Assembly: GCA_030264375.1 (NCBI GenBank)
Contig: JASCQW010000156.1
Location: forward strand, 23,974,887 to 24,038,886
Length of the DNA: 64,000 bases
Direction of reading: 5' to 3'
From: Carcharhinus longimanus
Lineage: Eukaryota
Positions 36,720-50,045 of the stretch are shown one piece after another (positions within the stretch are counted from its first letter, which is position 1; each line of letters opens with the position of its first letter). The position numbers and the translations under genes were made by a program. The notes under the pieces were generated by a model. That model did not search any database and had not been told where the DNA came from. It was given only the letters and a program-made list of their open reading frames with translations.

Positions 36720-37990
36720 CAGCGATTTGCATTTATATAACACCTTTGATGTAGCACAATATCCCAAGGCACTTCACAGGAATGCTATCAAACAAGATTT
36801 GACACTGAGCCACATAAGGGATATTAAGGGAGATGACCAAAATCTTTGTCAAAAAATTAGGTTCAAGGAGTGTCTCGAAAGGAAGCAAGAAGTGGCAATG
36901 TTTAGAATCACAGCTCTGGATCTTGGGACTGGATATCTATAACTGCAAATGTGATTAGTGCGCCTTTAGTCGACGTTATTGTCGGTGCAGACTAGATGGG
37001 CCAAAGGGCCTTTCCTGCGTTGTATGGCTCTATGATTCCAACTGAAGGCACAGGCGTGTGCCATTGTTGGAGGGATTGAAATTGCAGATGCTCAAATGAC
37101 CAGAATTGGAGGAAGGCTGTATGACTTCAGAAAGTTGCAGAGATTAGGAGGAGTGAGATAATAGAGGGATTTGAAAGTGAGGAAAATCATAAAAATTGCC
37201 CGACTGAGAGCCAGTGCAGGGAAGCCAGAACTGGGGTGATTGGTGACTAGAACTTGGTACAAATAGTTTTAAATGAGAGGTCTGCAGAAGAGGTAGACAT
37301 GTGCCGAATTCAACTTGATGCAGATAATACAAAGTAATACATTTTGGAAGGAAAAACACAACTGGGTTTATACAGTTAATGAAAAGATGCTGGAAGATAT
37401 GAATGATCAAACAATCTTGAGTTTGAAATTTATAATTCCCTGTTGTGCAAGTGCAGGTAGATAAAGCCATAAAAGGAACAATAGCATTTTCAATTTTATA
37501 AGCAGAGAAAGTGATAATACATGTACACAGATGACATTCTGTGTAGTCTTCAGTGCCTGATTTAGAGAAAGCAATTCAAGCCTATGACAATGACATGGAT
37601 CAATTAGGATGATGTTTGTAAGAGAAAACCATAGATAGGAAAAACAATATGCTAACACAATTTACATAGGAAGAAGGTTAATAAAAGATTTAAAGATTTT
37701 GAAAAATATTTGGGATTTTGATGAAGGGGGAAGGCATTTCTGTTTGGGAAAACTAACAAGGGAGCACAAATTTAGAACTGTTAAATGAATAAGGCAAGAA
37801 GTTCAGAAAAGTTTCTTTACCGAGGATTATTGGGATGTGAAATGCTTTACTGTAGGGAGCGCTTAAAATGGAGGCATTTGTATTTAAGGGAAAATTGGAT
37901 ATAAGTAATTGAACTAGAGGAAGATACAGGGCTGTGGGGAGTGAGCAAGGCTGTGTGATTAGTTTTGAATTGCTCTTGTGAAGAGTTAGA
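36720..37990. mobile_element. Cluster of old LINE fragments (L2-like minus, SINE tail at 36975-37038, CR1 plus)
   Basis: TTGCATTTATATAACACCTTT L2-type end; AAAGTAATACATTTTGGAAGG (KVIHFG) CR1 remnant. Confidence 0.6.
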
Positions 37991-40900
37991 TGTGACAAAA
38001 TGGGACCTTAAATTTCTACTCCCTATTACGGGAGGGGGAAACCAGCTGTCCTTTATCCGAGAAGCTGTAACTGATGGCAATTAACCACTTAAAAGAACGT
38101 GAAAGAATTGGAGGAAAAATAAAGACAACGCACTGAAATTGTTTCCACAAACAATCTCAGTTGATCTGCATATTTGGTAAAGTTACCTGGGCCATGTCAA
38201 AGGTTAGACATTCCCAGGGTCTGTAATTGAATGAAGTGCTTGAAGCTCAGTTTTGTATTTTATCCCGTTGTATTTTTTTTAGAACTCCATGTTTTCTTTG
38301 TAATACTGGCAAATCTTTGAATAAGAAGGAGCCTAATGAGTGGTGGTATCTGGGTGGGAATGAAAGATAATTCTGTTTCAGCAAGGAGGATATGATGTGC
38401 TTTGTAAGTGTGACAGCTGCTTCATGTTCTGTCTCTGCTCCATGTTAGTTGATGAGAAAACCTTAGTGTTGGCTTTGGAATAAACGTCCCATGTACCAAA
38501 GTTACAGGCTTCAATTATTATGCCATAAACCAGCTGGTGTGGTAAACTGACTAAATGTAATAAAGCTAACAAAAGTTGGAAGAACTGAAAGTTCTAAGAG
38601 AACTGTAGTCAAATGTAAAAGCATTTTGCTGAATAAAGTCAGTTCATTTGAGACGTCTGGAAGATGTTACATTGTTGTGACAAATCAATGTCTTTTCAAT
38701 GGCATCTGATAAAATTGGGAGCAAAATAAAATGGCAATCAAAAGACAAAATTCAGTGTTTAAGGTACATTTTGCTCCAAATCTCCATTTTCAAGTAGACT
38801 TTCACCCTTGACCTCCTCCATAAAGCCTACCTTTCCACTTCCAAATAAAAGTAGATAGTGACATCCAAAATTAAATAACTGTTCCACTTTACAGGAATTA
38901 TTTTTTCTACCTGGGAGCTTTTGGGTCCCAGTTGGACGGCAATCGCTTTAATATAATCTGCTGCATTATTATCTTTTAATTTCCTACATCTGTTCCTGAA
39001 GTGGCTGCTTTTGTTGGAATTGGTTCTACATGTACTGATGACTCGTTATTGCAACCAAAATGCTACTCTGTATCTAAACCCAGATTGGGTCTCAGTCTAT
39101 TCGACTATCAAGACTGTTGCGCTCAGACTTGATCCTGTCCTTTTGCAAAACCTGATCTGCACTTTTCATTGGGTATGGAGCCCTAGTCCCTGTTCAATCC
39201 CAAATAGTCTCAAATTATTTGTCAATAATGTTCTGCTGCTGCCTTGGTTGAGATTGGCCAAACTTGGATTTCCAAATGAAATGTGCATCACCATAGGAAA
39301 GCCTCCCTCCCCACCCTCCAACTCATTCTTCTGGAAGAATTCATAGGGATGGGCTGTAGTGTTAGCCCATGATTTATTTGGTTTATTCTGTGTTCAAAGC
39401 TCCAAGAAAATTAACGTGAGTCATGTTAAACTCCTAGTATTTTTGTCAAAATGGTCTCTGTGGATACAAAGCAAGATATGCTTTGTCCTTAATCTGGAAA
39501 GGTAGCCATTCATTGAATAATTTGTGACAGCGATCAGCATTTGGAGGTATTGTTGCTGTGATTTTGGAAATTCCTGACTTTTGCATTTCAAGTTGAGCAT
39601 CAAGTTTCTTTAAAGGTTCTGTTGCAACTGATTTTCCACAAACCTCTGTTCTTTCCCTAACTGCCCTGCAATTTATTTGATAATTCAGCCATTCCCTCTA
39701 TATTAATTTGAGTTATAAGAAATGCAATTTAAGCATTAAAAAAACAAATTTGGTGCTAAATAATCCAAATGATCATTTAATTTTAACAAGTGATTTCAAA
39801 TTAAAAGAATTAAACTGTAGAGTCATTGCATTCCATTAATGTTGATCCTTTTTGGATATCTTCATTTTAGGAGACTATTCAGGGTTTGTTTGGCAAAACG
39901 TACAGGGCTTCCTTTGCCCTGTAGTACTGTACCCCAGATTTTGATATTATATGTTGCTTGAGTCTTTTGAATGCGTGGTGACATGCAGATGGATGTCAGG
40001 ACATATTTGTCTGTTGGCCATCTGCACAGTAGGTAATAGTTGACTGGTGGGCACATAGTTATTCAAGTGACATATTCTATACTCTAAAGTTTCTTGTGAA
40101 GATTATGGACAGTTTTGACTTCTAATAAATAAAAAAAACTATTAACTGGTATAGGAAGGAAGGGTTTGTGTTGACCACTGAATATCTTAAAGCACATTCA
40201 TTGTATATTCAAAACAACTTTATGCATGTACCTGAATCCTCGGGTGGGTGGACAGCTTTACCCCTCATTCAAGTATGCAGTTTATTGATGGAGAGTACAG
40301 TTGTTGTTGTTGTTGGAGTTAAAGATTATGACAGCAGCCTGTGATTATATTAAATTTGAACTTCTGTCACAGTCCAAAAAATACTGTCAGTTGGTGTTTG
40401 CTTCTTGGACTTGGTCTGTAGCACCATGCAGAAGTGAGAAGACTGGGCTTGGTGATGATACAGGTATGGTATTATGGCAGAACTGACCCTTCTTTAAGCA
40501 CCAACTGTTTCTTTAGTTACATGAGCAACTCACCTATAATTCTGAATAGCTCAGTTTAGTTTTGGTATGAAGAGCACCTAAGCCTGTTCCATTTTGTGCA
40601 CTGACGCTAATAATGTTAAAATTTTTTCCCTCGTAATTCACTGAATGGGTGGCTCTCTCGCCCCCACAAGACTATTTAAGATATCAATGTTAAATGACAG
40701 GCACAATTTGTAATTTTCTGTTCCCTTATTGACGTATCTGTTTGCAGATTTTCATTGCATGCTGGAAATACCTGTTGTCAATCTGGTCTTTCTGGTGTTT
40801 GTTTCCTATTCAATTTCCTAATTGAATGTTAGTAGTTGTTTTAATGTAGCTGTTCAACTGGTGTTTTCAGCTGTGGTCAGAACTCAGCTGGATAGAAACG

Positions 40901-43394
40901 AGATCTTGGATAGTTGAGTGGTATGACGGTGGTCATCTCTGAAGTTTAATTTCTAGTTTAGTTTATTCCAGAGAATGAATATTTTCATTTGAGAGTCTGA
41001 AATGTTTGATATATCAACCATTAGGCTTTCAAATAAAGGGATTAGTGTGTTGGATTGTCAATTATTTGTAACTGGCGAATGGAGTAGATTTTAGTCTATT
41101 TGAATCGTAAACTTGAGTGATATTCTAGCCTGGCGGCCTTCACTGTTTGTTGAATCTTGCTAATATGCTAAACGGTGCCATTCTGGCTCAAAGAGAAATG
41201 CCTTCCTATAGTTAAAGATATTGATTGTACAATTTGTACAGCAACCTTCTAGCACCATACCCTAGCGTTTATTCATGTGTGTAGCAAGGGAATGTAGGCT
41301 AATCAAACAAATGGAGCATTGTAATCGCTCTGATCCTATCGTACCTGAATGTTCACATTTGGACACTTTCCAGCAGGAGTCATTTGATAGCAATCGGAGT
41401 TGACTGAAACCTAAAAAAAATTCTTGTCCTCAACAGCAAATGCTAACGGTAATGATTCCTGGTCTTTGCTGAGTGTCTAGTCGTCTGGTGACCTTACAGC
41501 TATGGATAGGGCACACAAGTGACCTCAGTTCTTCCCTGATACATGTTCTAATGCTGAATTTTATTTAGATGAAATTTTATTTAGATGAAATTTTAATAGT
41601 TCATGACACATTTAACATCATCATTCTGTGCAATAGGCAGTTATCACACAAGATGAATTGAGTTCAAGTTTTGTCAATATGATCTGAACATGTTACTATA
41701 TGCGGTTCAGTCCTAATGATCTTTAATGCTTAAAACATCTGCGTAGATATTTTATTTGTTTATTTGAATCTTGAGATTATTAGAAATAATTATAGGTTAT
41801 TAAACTCATTATGGCTGGGGGATGGGAAGGACTCGGAAATTTGTCTAGGCCTTGTGTTGTGATACTGTGATTCACCACCTGTTAACTACAGTAATTCACT
41901 TGCAAAACAATTGGTTTGTTTGTTGCCTCTGTTTGCTCTAATTGGTGACTGGCAGCTAAAGGATGTTTGAGTNNNNNNNNNNNNNNNNNNNNNNNNNNNN
42001 NNNNNNNNNNNNNNNNNNNNNNNNNNNNNNNNNNNNNNNNNNNNNNNNNNNNNNNNNNNNNNNNNNNNNNNNCTGATTACCTAATAAAAGAACTTTCATT
42101 TATATGACAGCTTTTATTCCTGCATAACATCTGCAGAGCCAGCGAAGCACTTTTCAAGCACTGTGTAGACTAGGGGGAAACCCATGACTTCTGACTTTGA
42201 GACTTCCATCAACTGAGCCAAGACTGACATGTGTTTAAAGCTTTGTGGAGTAATTTATTTAATAGTTTGTTATACAAGTTATGGGAGAAGCAAGAGGGGA
42301 GTAGCATACAAACCAGAATTTTCCAGGCTCAATCTCTAATCTGTCGTGAGTTAATCACAAGTTATACAATTTATTTCAGTGACCTATGGCTGGGTGGGGT
42401 GAATCCAAAGTCATTCAGGGTTCTTCCTAATTGCTATCTATGACATCTGCTCACTGTCTCTATATATAGATGCTAAGTGAGGACAGAATTGATTTCTGCG
42501 GTGATGCCACCCTGTAGTTGAATAACCTGTCAACGTTCACTTTCCAAGTTCACAAACGAATGTGCGCCAGGGGACCTGCTGAACACTACAGGAACACTAA
42601 TCCATACATCAGCATTAACCTTCGGGGAAAAAAAGGAGGAAAAAATATTTCTTGCGTCTCATTTCCATCTGGTAACTGAGACAGCAGACAGATAGGATTG
42701 TATCATTGTGACATCAGGTATTGCTGTTCTACACTGGCCATTAAAAGATGAGTAAGTTGCACACCTTCCAGTATAACTACAGTGCTAATTCTATGGAACT
42801 GGTCACAGCTTGTTGCAGCCATTATTGGGAGGTTTTAAAAGGAACTATATGTAAGTATCTAGCAGTTGGACTCCAGGCGAGGAGTGTCAACATGTCAGTA
42901 ATGCATAGTATTCTCATTCTCTTTTACTCTGGGGGAGTTTTGAATGCACATAAAGGTAAAGAAAACATCCCAAGGCTGCCATACTTCATTATACCTGGTC
43001 CACTGTTAAGCTAGAAAACATTTCTAAGACCCAGTCTGAACTTGTTTCTTATTTGCTCAACTATGATTTTTATTAGTTTCAGAATGGCTGGGTGGCATGC
43101 CATCCAGAAATCTGCAAATTCCCTCTGCATTGAGTTGCAAGTATTAAAAAATGAATCCAAGACAACTTGCGTGTCGTATGCCAGTGAAGTATGTAAAGGA
43201 TTTTGAAGACCTGTTGCCAGGACTGGATAATGCTATGTTTACTTTTATGAAGCTGCAAGTAATGAATGTGCATGGGATTTGGGAGAATATCTTGTAACTG
43301 ATTGGTAAAAATAGTTTCTTAGGAATTCTTGCTGCTTTATGGGATGGATCTGGCTTAAACCTTTAGCATCCAGATTTTTAAAGCTATTTTCATA

Positions 43395-43905
43395 ATTACA
43401 CAGTACAATAGAGGCACGTCGGCCCATGGGGACTGCACTGACAAAACTACACTAATCCCACTTTCTAGCACTTGGCCAATAGCCTTGAATGTTATGACAT
43501 TTCACGTGCTCATCCACATACTTTTTAAAGGGTCTCAGTTTTCCACCTCTACTACCTTGCCAGACATTGCATGCCAGGTTCCCACTACCCTTTTAAATCT
43601 CCTGCTTCTCACCTTAAAATTATGTTTCTTCATTACTGATCTTTCAACTAAGGGGAACAGCTGCTTTCTATCCACCCTACCCATATCCTCATAATGTTTA
43701 CATTTCCTATAGATCCCCCCTCAATCTTCTCTGCTCTAAAGAAAGCAACTGAAGCCTTTTGAGCTTTTCTTCGTAAGTGCTCATCCCAGGCAACATCCTG
43801 AGTTTCCCCTGCAACCTCTCCTTTGCAGTGACATCCTTCCTATAAACAGACAACCAGAACTGCACACAGTACTTCAGTTGTGGCCAAACCAAAGTTTTGT
43901 ACATC
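43395..43905 (-). mobile_element. CR1 LINE 3' fragment
   Basis: MYKTLVWPQLKYCVQFW...LEQRRLRGDL. Confidence 0.9.
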
Positions 43906-44690
43906 TTTGATTTCATTCATTCTTGTTACATGTACTGGGATACAGTGAACAGTATTGTTTCTTGCATGCTAATCGAACTAAACATATCGTTCATTGGGTA
44001 GGAGAGAAGGAGATGAAGGAGACGTAGGAGAGAAGGAAATGAGAGGGTGCAGAATGTAGAGTTACAGTCATAGCTAGAGTGTAGAAAAAGTTGAACTTGA
44101 TATAAAGTCGGTCCATTCAAAAATCTGATGGCTGGAAGAAACTGTTCTTGAGTAAGCTGACACTAAGGTCTGAGAACAATGTATCTTTTTTCCGATGGAA
44201 GAGAGTATCTCAGGGGTATATGGGGTCCTTGATTGTGCTGACTGCTTTCCTGAGGCAGTAGCAAGTGTACATGGAGTGAATGCGTGGGATGCTGGTTTGC
44301 GTGATGGACTGGGCTACATTCACACACCTTTGTAGTTTCTTGCCATCTTGATCGGAGCAGGAGCCATATCAAGCTGTAATACATCTGGAAAGAATGCTTT
44401 CTATGATGCATCAGTAAAAATTGGTGAGAGCTATAGCAGACATGCCAAATTTCTTTACCACCTGAGAAAGTAGAGGCATTGGTGGGCTTTCTTAACTATA
44501 GCGTCTGTGTGGAGGGACTAGAGCAGGTTGTTGGTTGTCTGGACACACAGAAACTTGAAGCCCTCAACTATTTCCACTACTTCACCATCAATGTAGATAG
44601 GGGCATGCCCTGCATAACACTTCCAGAAGTTGATGACTATCTCCCTTGTTTTACTGACACTGAGGGAGAGAATATTGTCATCACAACATC
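43906..44690 (-). mobile_element. Rex1/Babar-like LINE 3' fragment
   Basis: Tail complementary to 7600-7698; body matches 15708-15855. Confidence 0.7.
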
Positions 44691-44717
44691 TCTAACATAT
44701 CCTCCATGTTCTTACCT

Positions 44718-44913
44718 ATGATGTGGAGATACCGGTGTTGGACTGGGGTGGGCACAGTAAGAAGTCTCAACACCAGGTTAAAGTCCAGCAAGTTTATTTG
44801 GAATCACGAGCTTTCGGAGCACTTTTTCTTCATTTGGTGATTGATGCAGGAGCGGTGTTTCGAAAGCTCGTGATTCTGGATAAACCTGTTAGACTTTAAC
44901 CTGATGTTGTGAA
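44718..44913. mobile_element. Palindromic Penelope-like family 1 element (right arm truncated)
   Basis: GAATCACGAGCTTTCGGAGCAC ... GTGTTTCGAAAGCTCGTGATTC inverted arms, collinear with 25287-25530. Confidence 0.85.
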
Positions 44914-45247
44914 AGTAAGGCAAGTGGCCTGTATGCCGCCTTAACTGTGCTGGCACCTTTGGGAACCTTTGGACAGGCNNNNNNNNNNTCCAAAGCACAT
45001 CACCCCTGACACTTGTGTGCCATGAAAGTTACTCGCTAGTTATCAGCTTAAGCCTGGATGTTTTCTGAGTGCTGTCGCATGCAGGCACAGATTCCATATC
45101 TGAGGAGTTGAGAATTGTACTGAAAGCAAACTACTGTATGGGCGGGCTGTGCACATGCTTCCTTCTCCAAATGTTTGCCTACACAAGCGTGGAAATTTAA
45201 GAAATGCAAAAAGAGCTGCCGTAGAAGTAAAATGACAATTTTAAAAT

Positions 45248-45488
45248 TGAGGAGAAATTTCTTTACATAGGGTGTAAATCTTTAGAATTCTTTACTGCAG
45301 AGGGGTGGGGAAGCTCAGTCATTGAGTATGTTTAAAGGAGCGATTGAAAGATTTCTGATTAACAGTAACATAAAAGATTATGAGGATATTGGATGTAAAA
45401 GGCATTGAAGTGTCTGATCAGTCATGATTGTATTAAATAGTGGAGCAGGATCGGTGGGTTGAATGGCCTATTCCTGTTCCTATGTTCA
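45248..45488 (+). mobile_element. CR1 3' end (duplicate of 46232-46463)
   Basis: GAATGGCCTATTCCTGTTCCTATGTTC tail. Confidence 0.85.
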
Positions 45489-46024
45489 AAAAAAATGGAG
45501 GAAATATTTGGTGGATGTGGCAGCATCTTTGGAGAATGAAACAGTTAATGTAAAATGATGGATTTCTTGGTACACAACTTTATGTAAATTGAGACAATGC
45601 TGTCAAGATACACACAGATATTTTTTCCCCATAAAGAGCAAGGCTTTACTTGGTGCTTTGGGGCTTTGCTTGGAAGCATGGCCTTTATATCTGGTTTTTG
45701 TTTTGTTCCTGACTTCTGATCATGCTTCCCTAGTCCAGTTTTGCTTCCTCCACTACTTGTGTTGAAGACCTACATATAACCAAACTTCTCTGTGCTTTCT
45801 CTCGCAAGAGCTCCATTCTTTTTGGAGTCAAATGGGTTATGAACTGTATTGCGTTGGCATTGTTTTACATTTTTAGTTGAGAATTGTGTTGTTTTAAGGT
45901 GAAAGATTTAATGAGGAACTTTTAATTTTACACCTGGTCTCAGCATTGAAGTGCTTGTAGTCTGGTATTTTACAAGTTGATGCTTTTGTATTAGTGTTTA
46001 CTTAGTAAAATACAGTACTTGTCA

Positions 46025-46463
46025 GAAATTTGGAATGTTGGAGATTGTCTTATGAAGAGAGATTGGACAAACTGGGCCTCTATCCTCCAGAGTGTTAAAG
46101 AATGAAAAGTGATCTAATTGAAACCACTAAATAATTGACAGTGTAGATTCAGGCAAATGCTTCCCTTGGTTGGGGAGTTTCGAGCCGGGGGCACAGTTTC
46201 AAAATAAGGTGGATGCCACTTATAACTAAGATGAGGAGAAATACCTTTACAGAAGGTTGTGAATCTTTGGATTCAGAGGGATGGGGAAACTCAGTCATTG
46301 AGTATGTTTAAAGAAGAGATTGATAGATTTCTGATTAACAATAATGTTAAGGGTTATGGGGATTGTGGATGTAAAAGGCAGTGAAGTGTCTGATCAGCCA
46401 TGATCGTACTAAATAGTGGAGCAGGATCGATGGGCTGAATGGCCTACTCCTGATCCTATGTTC
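46025..46463 (+). mobile_element. CR1 3' end
   Basis: TATGAAGAGAGATTG (YEERL) remnant and tail CCTATGTTC. Confidence 0.85.
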
Positions 46464-46630
46464 AAAACAAACCAAAATGGTGGAAATAGTAGATGTGATG
46501 GCATCTTTGGAGAATGAAACCGAGTTAATGTTTCAGGTTGCTGTTCTTTCAAATCAGTGAAACGGTAACCTTTTCTCGCTCCACTGATGCTGCCTGACCT
46601 ACTAATTATTTCCAATGTTTTCTATTTAAA
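46464..46630. mobile_element. Old palindromic family 2 element
   Basis: GGCATCTTTGGAGA / CTCCACTGATGCTGCC and GGAAATAGTAG / CTACTAATTATTTCC inverted arms; GAAACGGTAAC remnant. Confidence 0.6.
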
Positions 46631-48802
46631 TACTAAGTTCAGTCTGCTTCAGCACCAATTTTTGAAGAAGTGCTCCTATTGCACAAGTGTGCCTTTTTCC
46701 ACTTCATTAGCATGTCCCCTGTGAAGTTGGTGCCTATGATAAGTTGGGTTGGAACTGCCTCAATTCGATCCACAGAGGGAGTTTTCTATTCAGTGTGCCT
46801 CATTCTTTTAGCCTGGGCTGGATTAAAACCAGAAATAAAAATCCACTGTTTAATCTGCTGTATTGCATGGTACCTCTGCTGATGTCTTTAATGACCAGTT
46901 CACTGAAATAAACATTTCAGATGTGAAATGTCCTGTCATTTTGTAAAATTCATTAAAATCATGCTGAAAGCTATCTGACTATTGAGTTGTCTGCTTGTCA
47001 ATGAGATATGAAAGATAGAACTCAGACAGCTTGCAAACTCACAAGATGACTTAATAACTCAAAGCTTTGACGTATTTTCAAAATTTTGATAAAAGAGAGA
47101 GAAAAAGTTGTCTCTGTGAAAAATAAAATAAAATGCATCTGCAGTCAGTATGTTTTAATCATTTTATGGGTTGGAGGGAAATAATGTAAATATTTGTCTT
47201 GGAGAAGTCCACTCTTCACCACAACAAAACCTGCAACCCATCATCTCACTGCGATCTACTGGCTCCCATCATTCAGTTAATTGATAAGATGTTCCATAGC
47301 CTTGATGCCCTTCTATGGATCCATACCATTATCTTCTTGGATATTCCCTTGGACACCTTGTTCCAGTTATCTTTGCTGTACTGCACTCACCTCCTGCTGC
47401 CTCTCAAACCTCAGGGACTCTCTTTCCAGTATCTCTGCCTTTAGAAGTTCCCTTGTTAACCTTTTCTTTATTCCCCTGCCCCTCTCTTTTCGTTACCCCA
47501 ACTTGCTTGATGAATTCTATTTATCCACTCATCCTGTGCAGTAGTTAGATATGTCTCTTTGCGCATATATGTTCTAGAGAGCTATGTTCTTTTAAGCCTA
47601 CTTACCTCTTGGTCTAGACATGCCAGTTGTTAGCTGAGGAATGTTCTAGCCGGCATTTTGCAATCCAGCATTCAGGGCTTGTTTTGTAATTCTGGTATAT
47701 TTGCTTTGCAGGCTGTAACCCAGTTAGTTTGGGAGAGGAGATTTGCTGTCAACTTGTAAAGTTATTACTGAAGTCTTAATGTCTGAACAAAATTAAGTTT
47801 CAGCCCTGCTTGCAATGCAGTGCAGTATTCATTTTGCAGTGTCTTAAATATTTATACCCAGACTCCATTCAGCTGGCTGTTAGTTGTGTTCATATGTGTT
47901 GCTGTCACACAGGCAACTTGGATGTACTATGAAAAAAGCCTGTAGGTTGTGATGCAGAAGGATTCACATATATTCTGGCAGCAAATAAGCTGAAATGTAT
48001 GATTTGCAGATGAAATATTTTCACTGTCAACCCTCTCTTGAAGTTACTGCCTCTTGCTGATTTCTGATTCCTTGGATCCCACAGCCTATGGGTAACTTAC
48101 CTTTGTCTGTGTTAACCCAAGCGATAACTGTTGGTTTGTTTTTTGACTGTGTGGAGAGCAAATCAAAGCTAAGGCTGATCCTATTTTTGCTGGTTTGCTT
48201 TTCTGCTGTTTGTCTGGATCAGAACAGTTAGCACAGTAAATCGTACCCATGACTTCCTGGCCTGTGTGACTTTGTAGCATACCAATTAGGACACTTGCCC
48301 ACACAATTATCAGGGGAGCCCCAGAAGATTGTTAAACCAATTTACTGGCAATAGTTCTGTTTAATTTTGCATCAATGTGATTTTTGTTTGTAACTGTATG
48401 CTGGGTTTTGTTGGCTTTGTTTTGGGTCTGCCCATGAATCAGCATGTGCCCTTTGCATTGGCATCTTTGCAGCAACAGTAATGAGCCCTAGGTCATGCAG
48501 GTAACAAGATTTATCATGCTGTAAGTAGTAACTGCCCTAATTGACTTCAAATTTTTTCCCTATTCCACGTTAGTAATTTGTTTTGTAATTATTGCCTCAA
48601 GATGCAGGTAGGTATAGTAATGCTGAACCTGGTCAGAAGGAAAATGCTTCTGGTCTTTTTGATGCATCTTACAGGCAAAGTGACTGTAGTATTGTTCTTA
48701 GTAGAATTTTGTTCAAAGATGATTTGGTGTGCAAAAACTTTCACGTTGCATCCCCTTGAACTGCAGAAAGTGTCCACAATGCTAGAAGTGCTATAGTGTT
48801 GA

Positions 48803-49341
48803 TCATAGAATCCTACAGTGCTGAAGGAGGCCACTCTGCCCATCAGGGCTGCACCAAAAACAATAGGATTTATAGTTATTTGGAGTGTAATGAATTGATT
48901 AGAAATAGTCAGCATGGTTTTGTAGCGGGTAGGTCGTGCNNNNNNNNNNNNNNNNNNNNNNNNNNNNNNNNNNNNNNNNNNNNNNNNNNNNNNNNNNNNN
49001 NNNNNNNNNNNNNNNNNNNNNNNNNNNNNNNNNNNNNNNTAACTGGTCGGCGCAACATCGTGGGCCGAAGGGCCTGTTCTGCGCTGTAATGTTCTATGTT
49101 CTATGTTCTATAACCCTATGCATTTACCCTAGCTAGACCCCAACACGAAGGGGCAATTTAGCATGGCCAATCCATCCAACCAGCACATCTTTGGAGTATG
49201 GGAGGGAGCCGAAGCAACTGGAGGAAACCCACGCAGACATGGGGAGAATGTGCAAAGTTCACACAGACAGTGACCCAAGCTGGAAATTGAACCCAGGTCC
49301 CTGGTGCTGTGAGACAGCAGTGCTAACCATTGTGCCGCCCC
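48803..49341 (-). mobile_element. V-domain SINE split by a young plus-strand CR1 (about 48862-49109, partly in gap)
   Basis: SINE tail at 48803-48855 and remainder at 49110-49341; insert encodes LIRNSQHGFVAGRSC and ends (GTTCTAT)n. Confidence 0.85.
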
Positions 49342-49343
49342 AT

Positions 49344-49503
49344 GCAAGATGCTGGAGATTCTAAATAAAAATAGAAAATGCTAGCAATACTCAAACGAGA
49401 ACCAGTTCTGATGGAAGATCTTTAATCTGAAATGTTAACACTTGTTTTTCTGTCCACAGATGCCTGATCTGCTGAGCATTTGTGACACGTCAGTTTTATT
49501 TAG
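49344..49503. mobile_element. Family 2 element, asymmetric palindrome with hammerhead remnant
   Basis: Minus-strand tail followed by AGTT-CTGATGG-AAGATC/ttt/AATCT-GAAA-TG-TT-AAC on the plus strand. Confidence 0.6.
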
Positions 49504-49706
49504 CACACAACTTCTGATTCAACTTTTACAAACTTGGATTGTTTCTTGACAGATGTTTTGAATTAAATAACAGTGCAGTGAAATTCTAGTGGTTATAGTT
49601 TGGTTACTGATTTTAAAAGTTTGGGATGTTGAATTAAGAGTAACTTGCGTTAAAACATGTTGGTATATGTGTTTCCTTTTCAGAAAATATGTTAGTACTA
49701 ATACTA

Positions 49707-50045
49707 GGGCCATCTTAGCTCAGTTGGTGGCATTCACTCCTATAAGTTTGAAGGTTGTGGATTCAAGCCAGATTGCAGTATTGAGTACTCTAGAGTGCAC
49801 TTTAATGAGGAAATGCTGAATTATTCCTTCAGATGAGGCATTAAACTAAAGTCCCCATCAGCCTATTCAATCATTCAGGTGGATAAAAAAAAATTTGAAG
49901 AGCAAGAAACTCTTCACCCAAGGAAGCACTCTTCCCTCAACCAGCAGTACTGAAAACAGATAACTAACTATTCATCACGTTGCTGCTTGTGGAACTTTGC
50001 CGTGCATAAAATGGCTACCATACCTTCCTCCCTCAGTCACTCCAT
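49707..50045 (+). mobile_element. Deu-domain tRNA SINE (SacSINE1/AmnSINE-like), old
   Basis: A-box TAGCTCAGTTGG, B-box GGATTCAAGCC, Deu-like TTGCTGCTTGTGGAACTTTGCCGTGCATAAAATGGCT. Confidence 0.65.

Noticed and set aside
40451-40488. C/D box snoRNA (GTGATGA...CTGA)
   Set aside because: Only about 35 nt between the boxes, with no convincing terminal stem.
49707-49780. tRNA gene (also 51902-51975 and the V-SINE heads)
   Set aside because: A and B boxes are present but there is no cloverleaf, and each continues into a SINE body.
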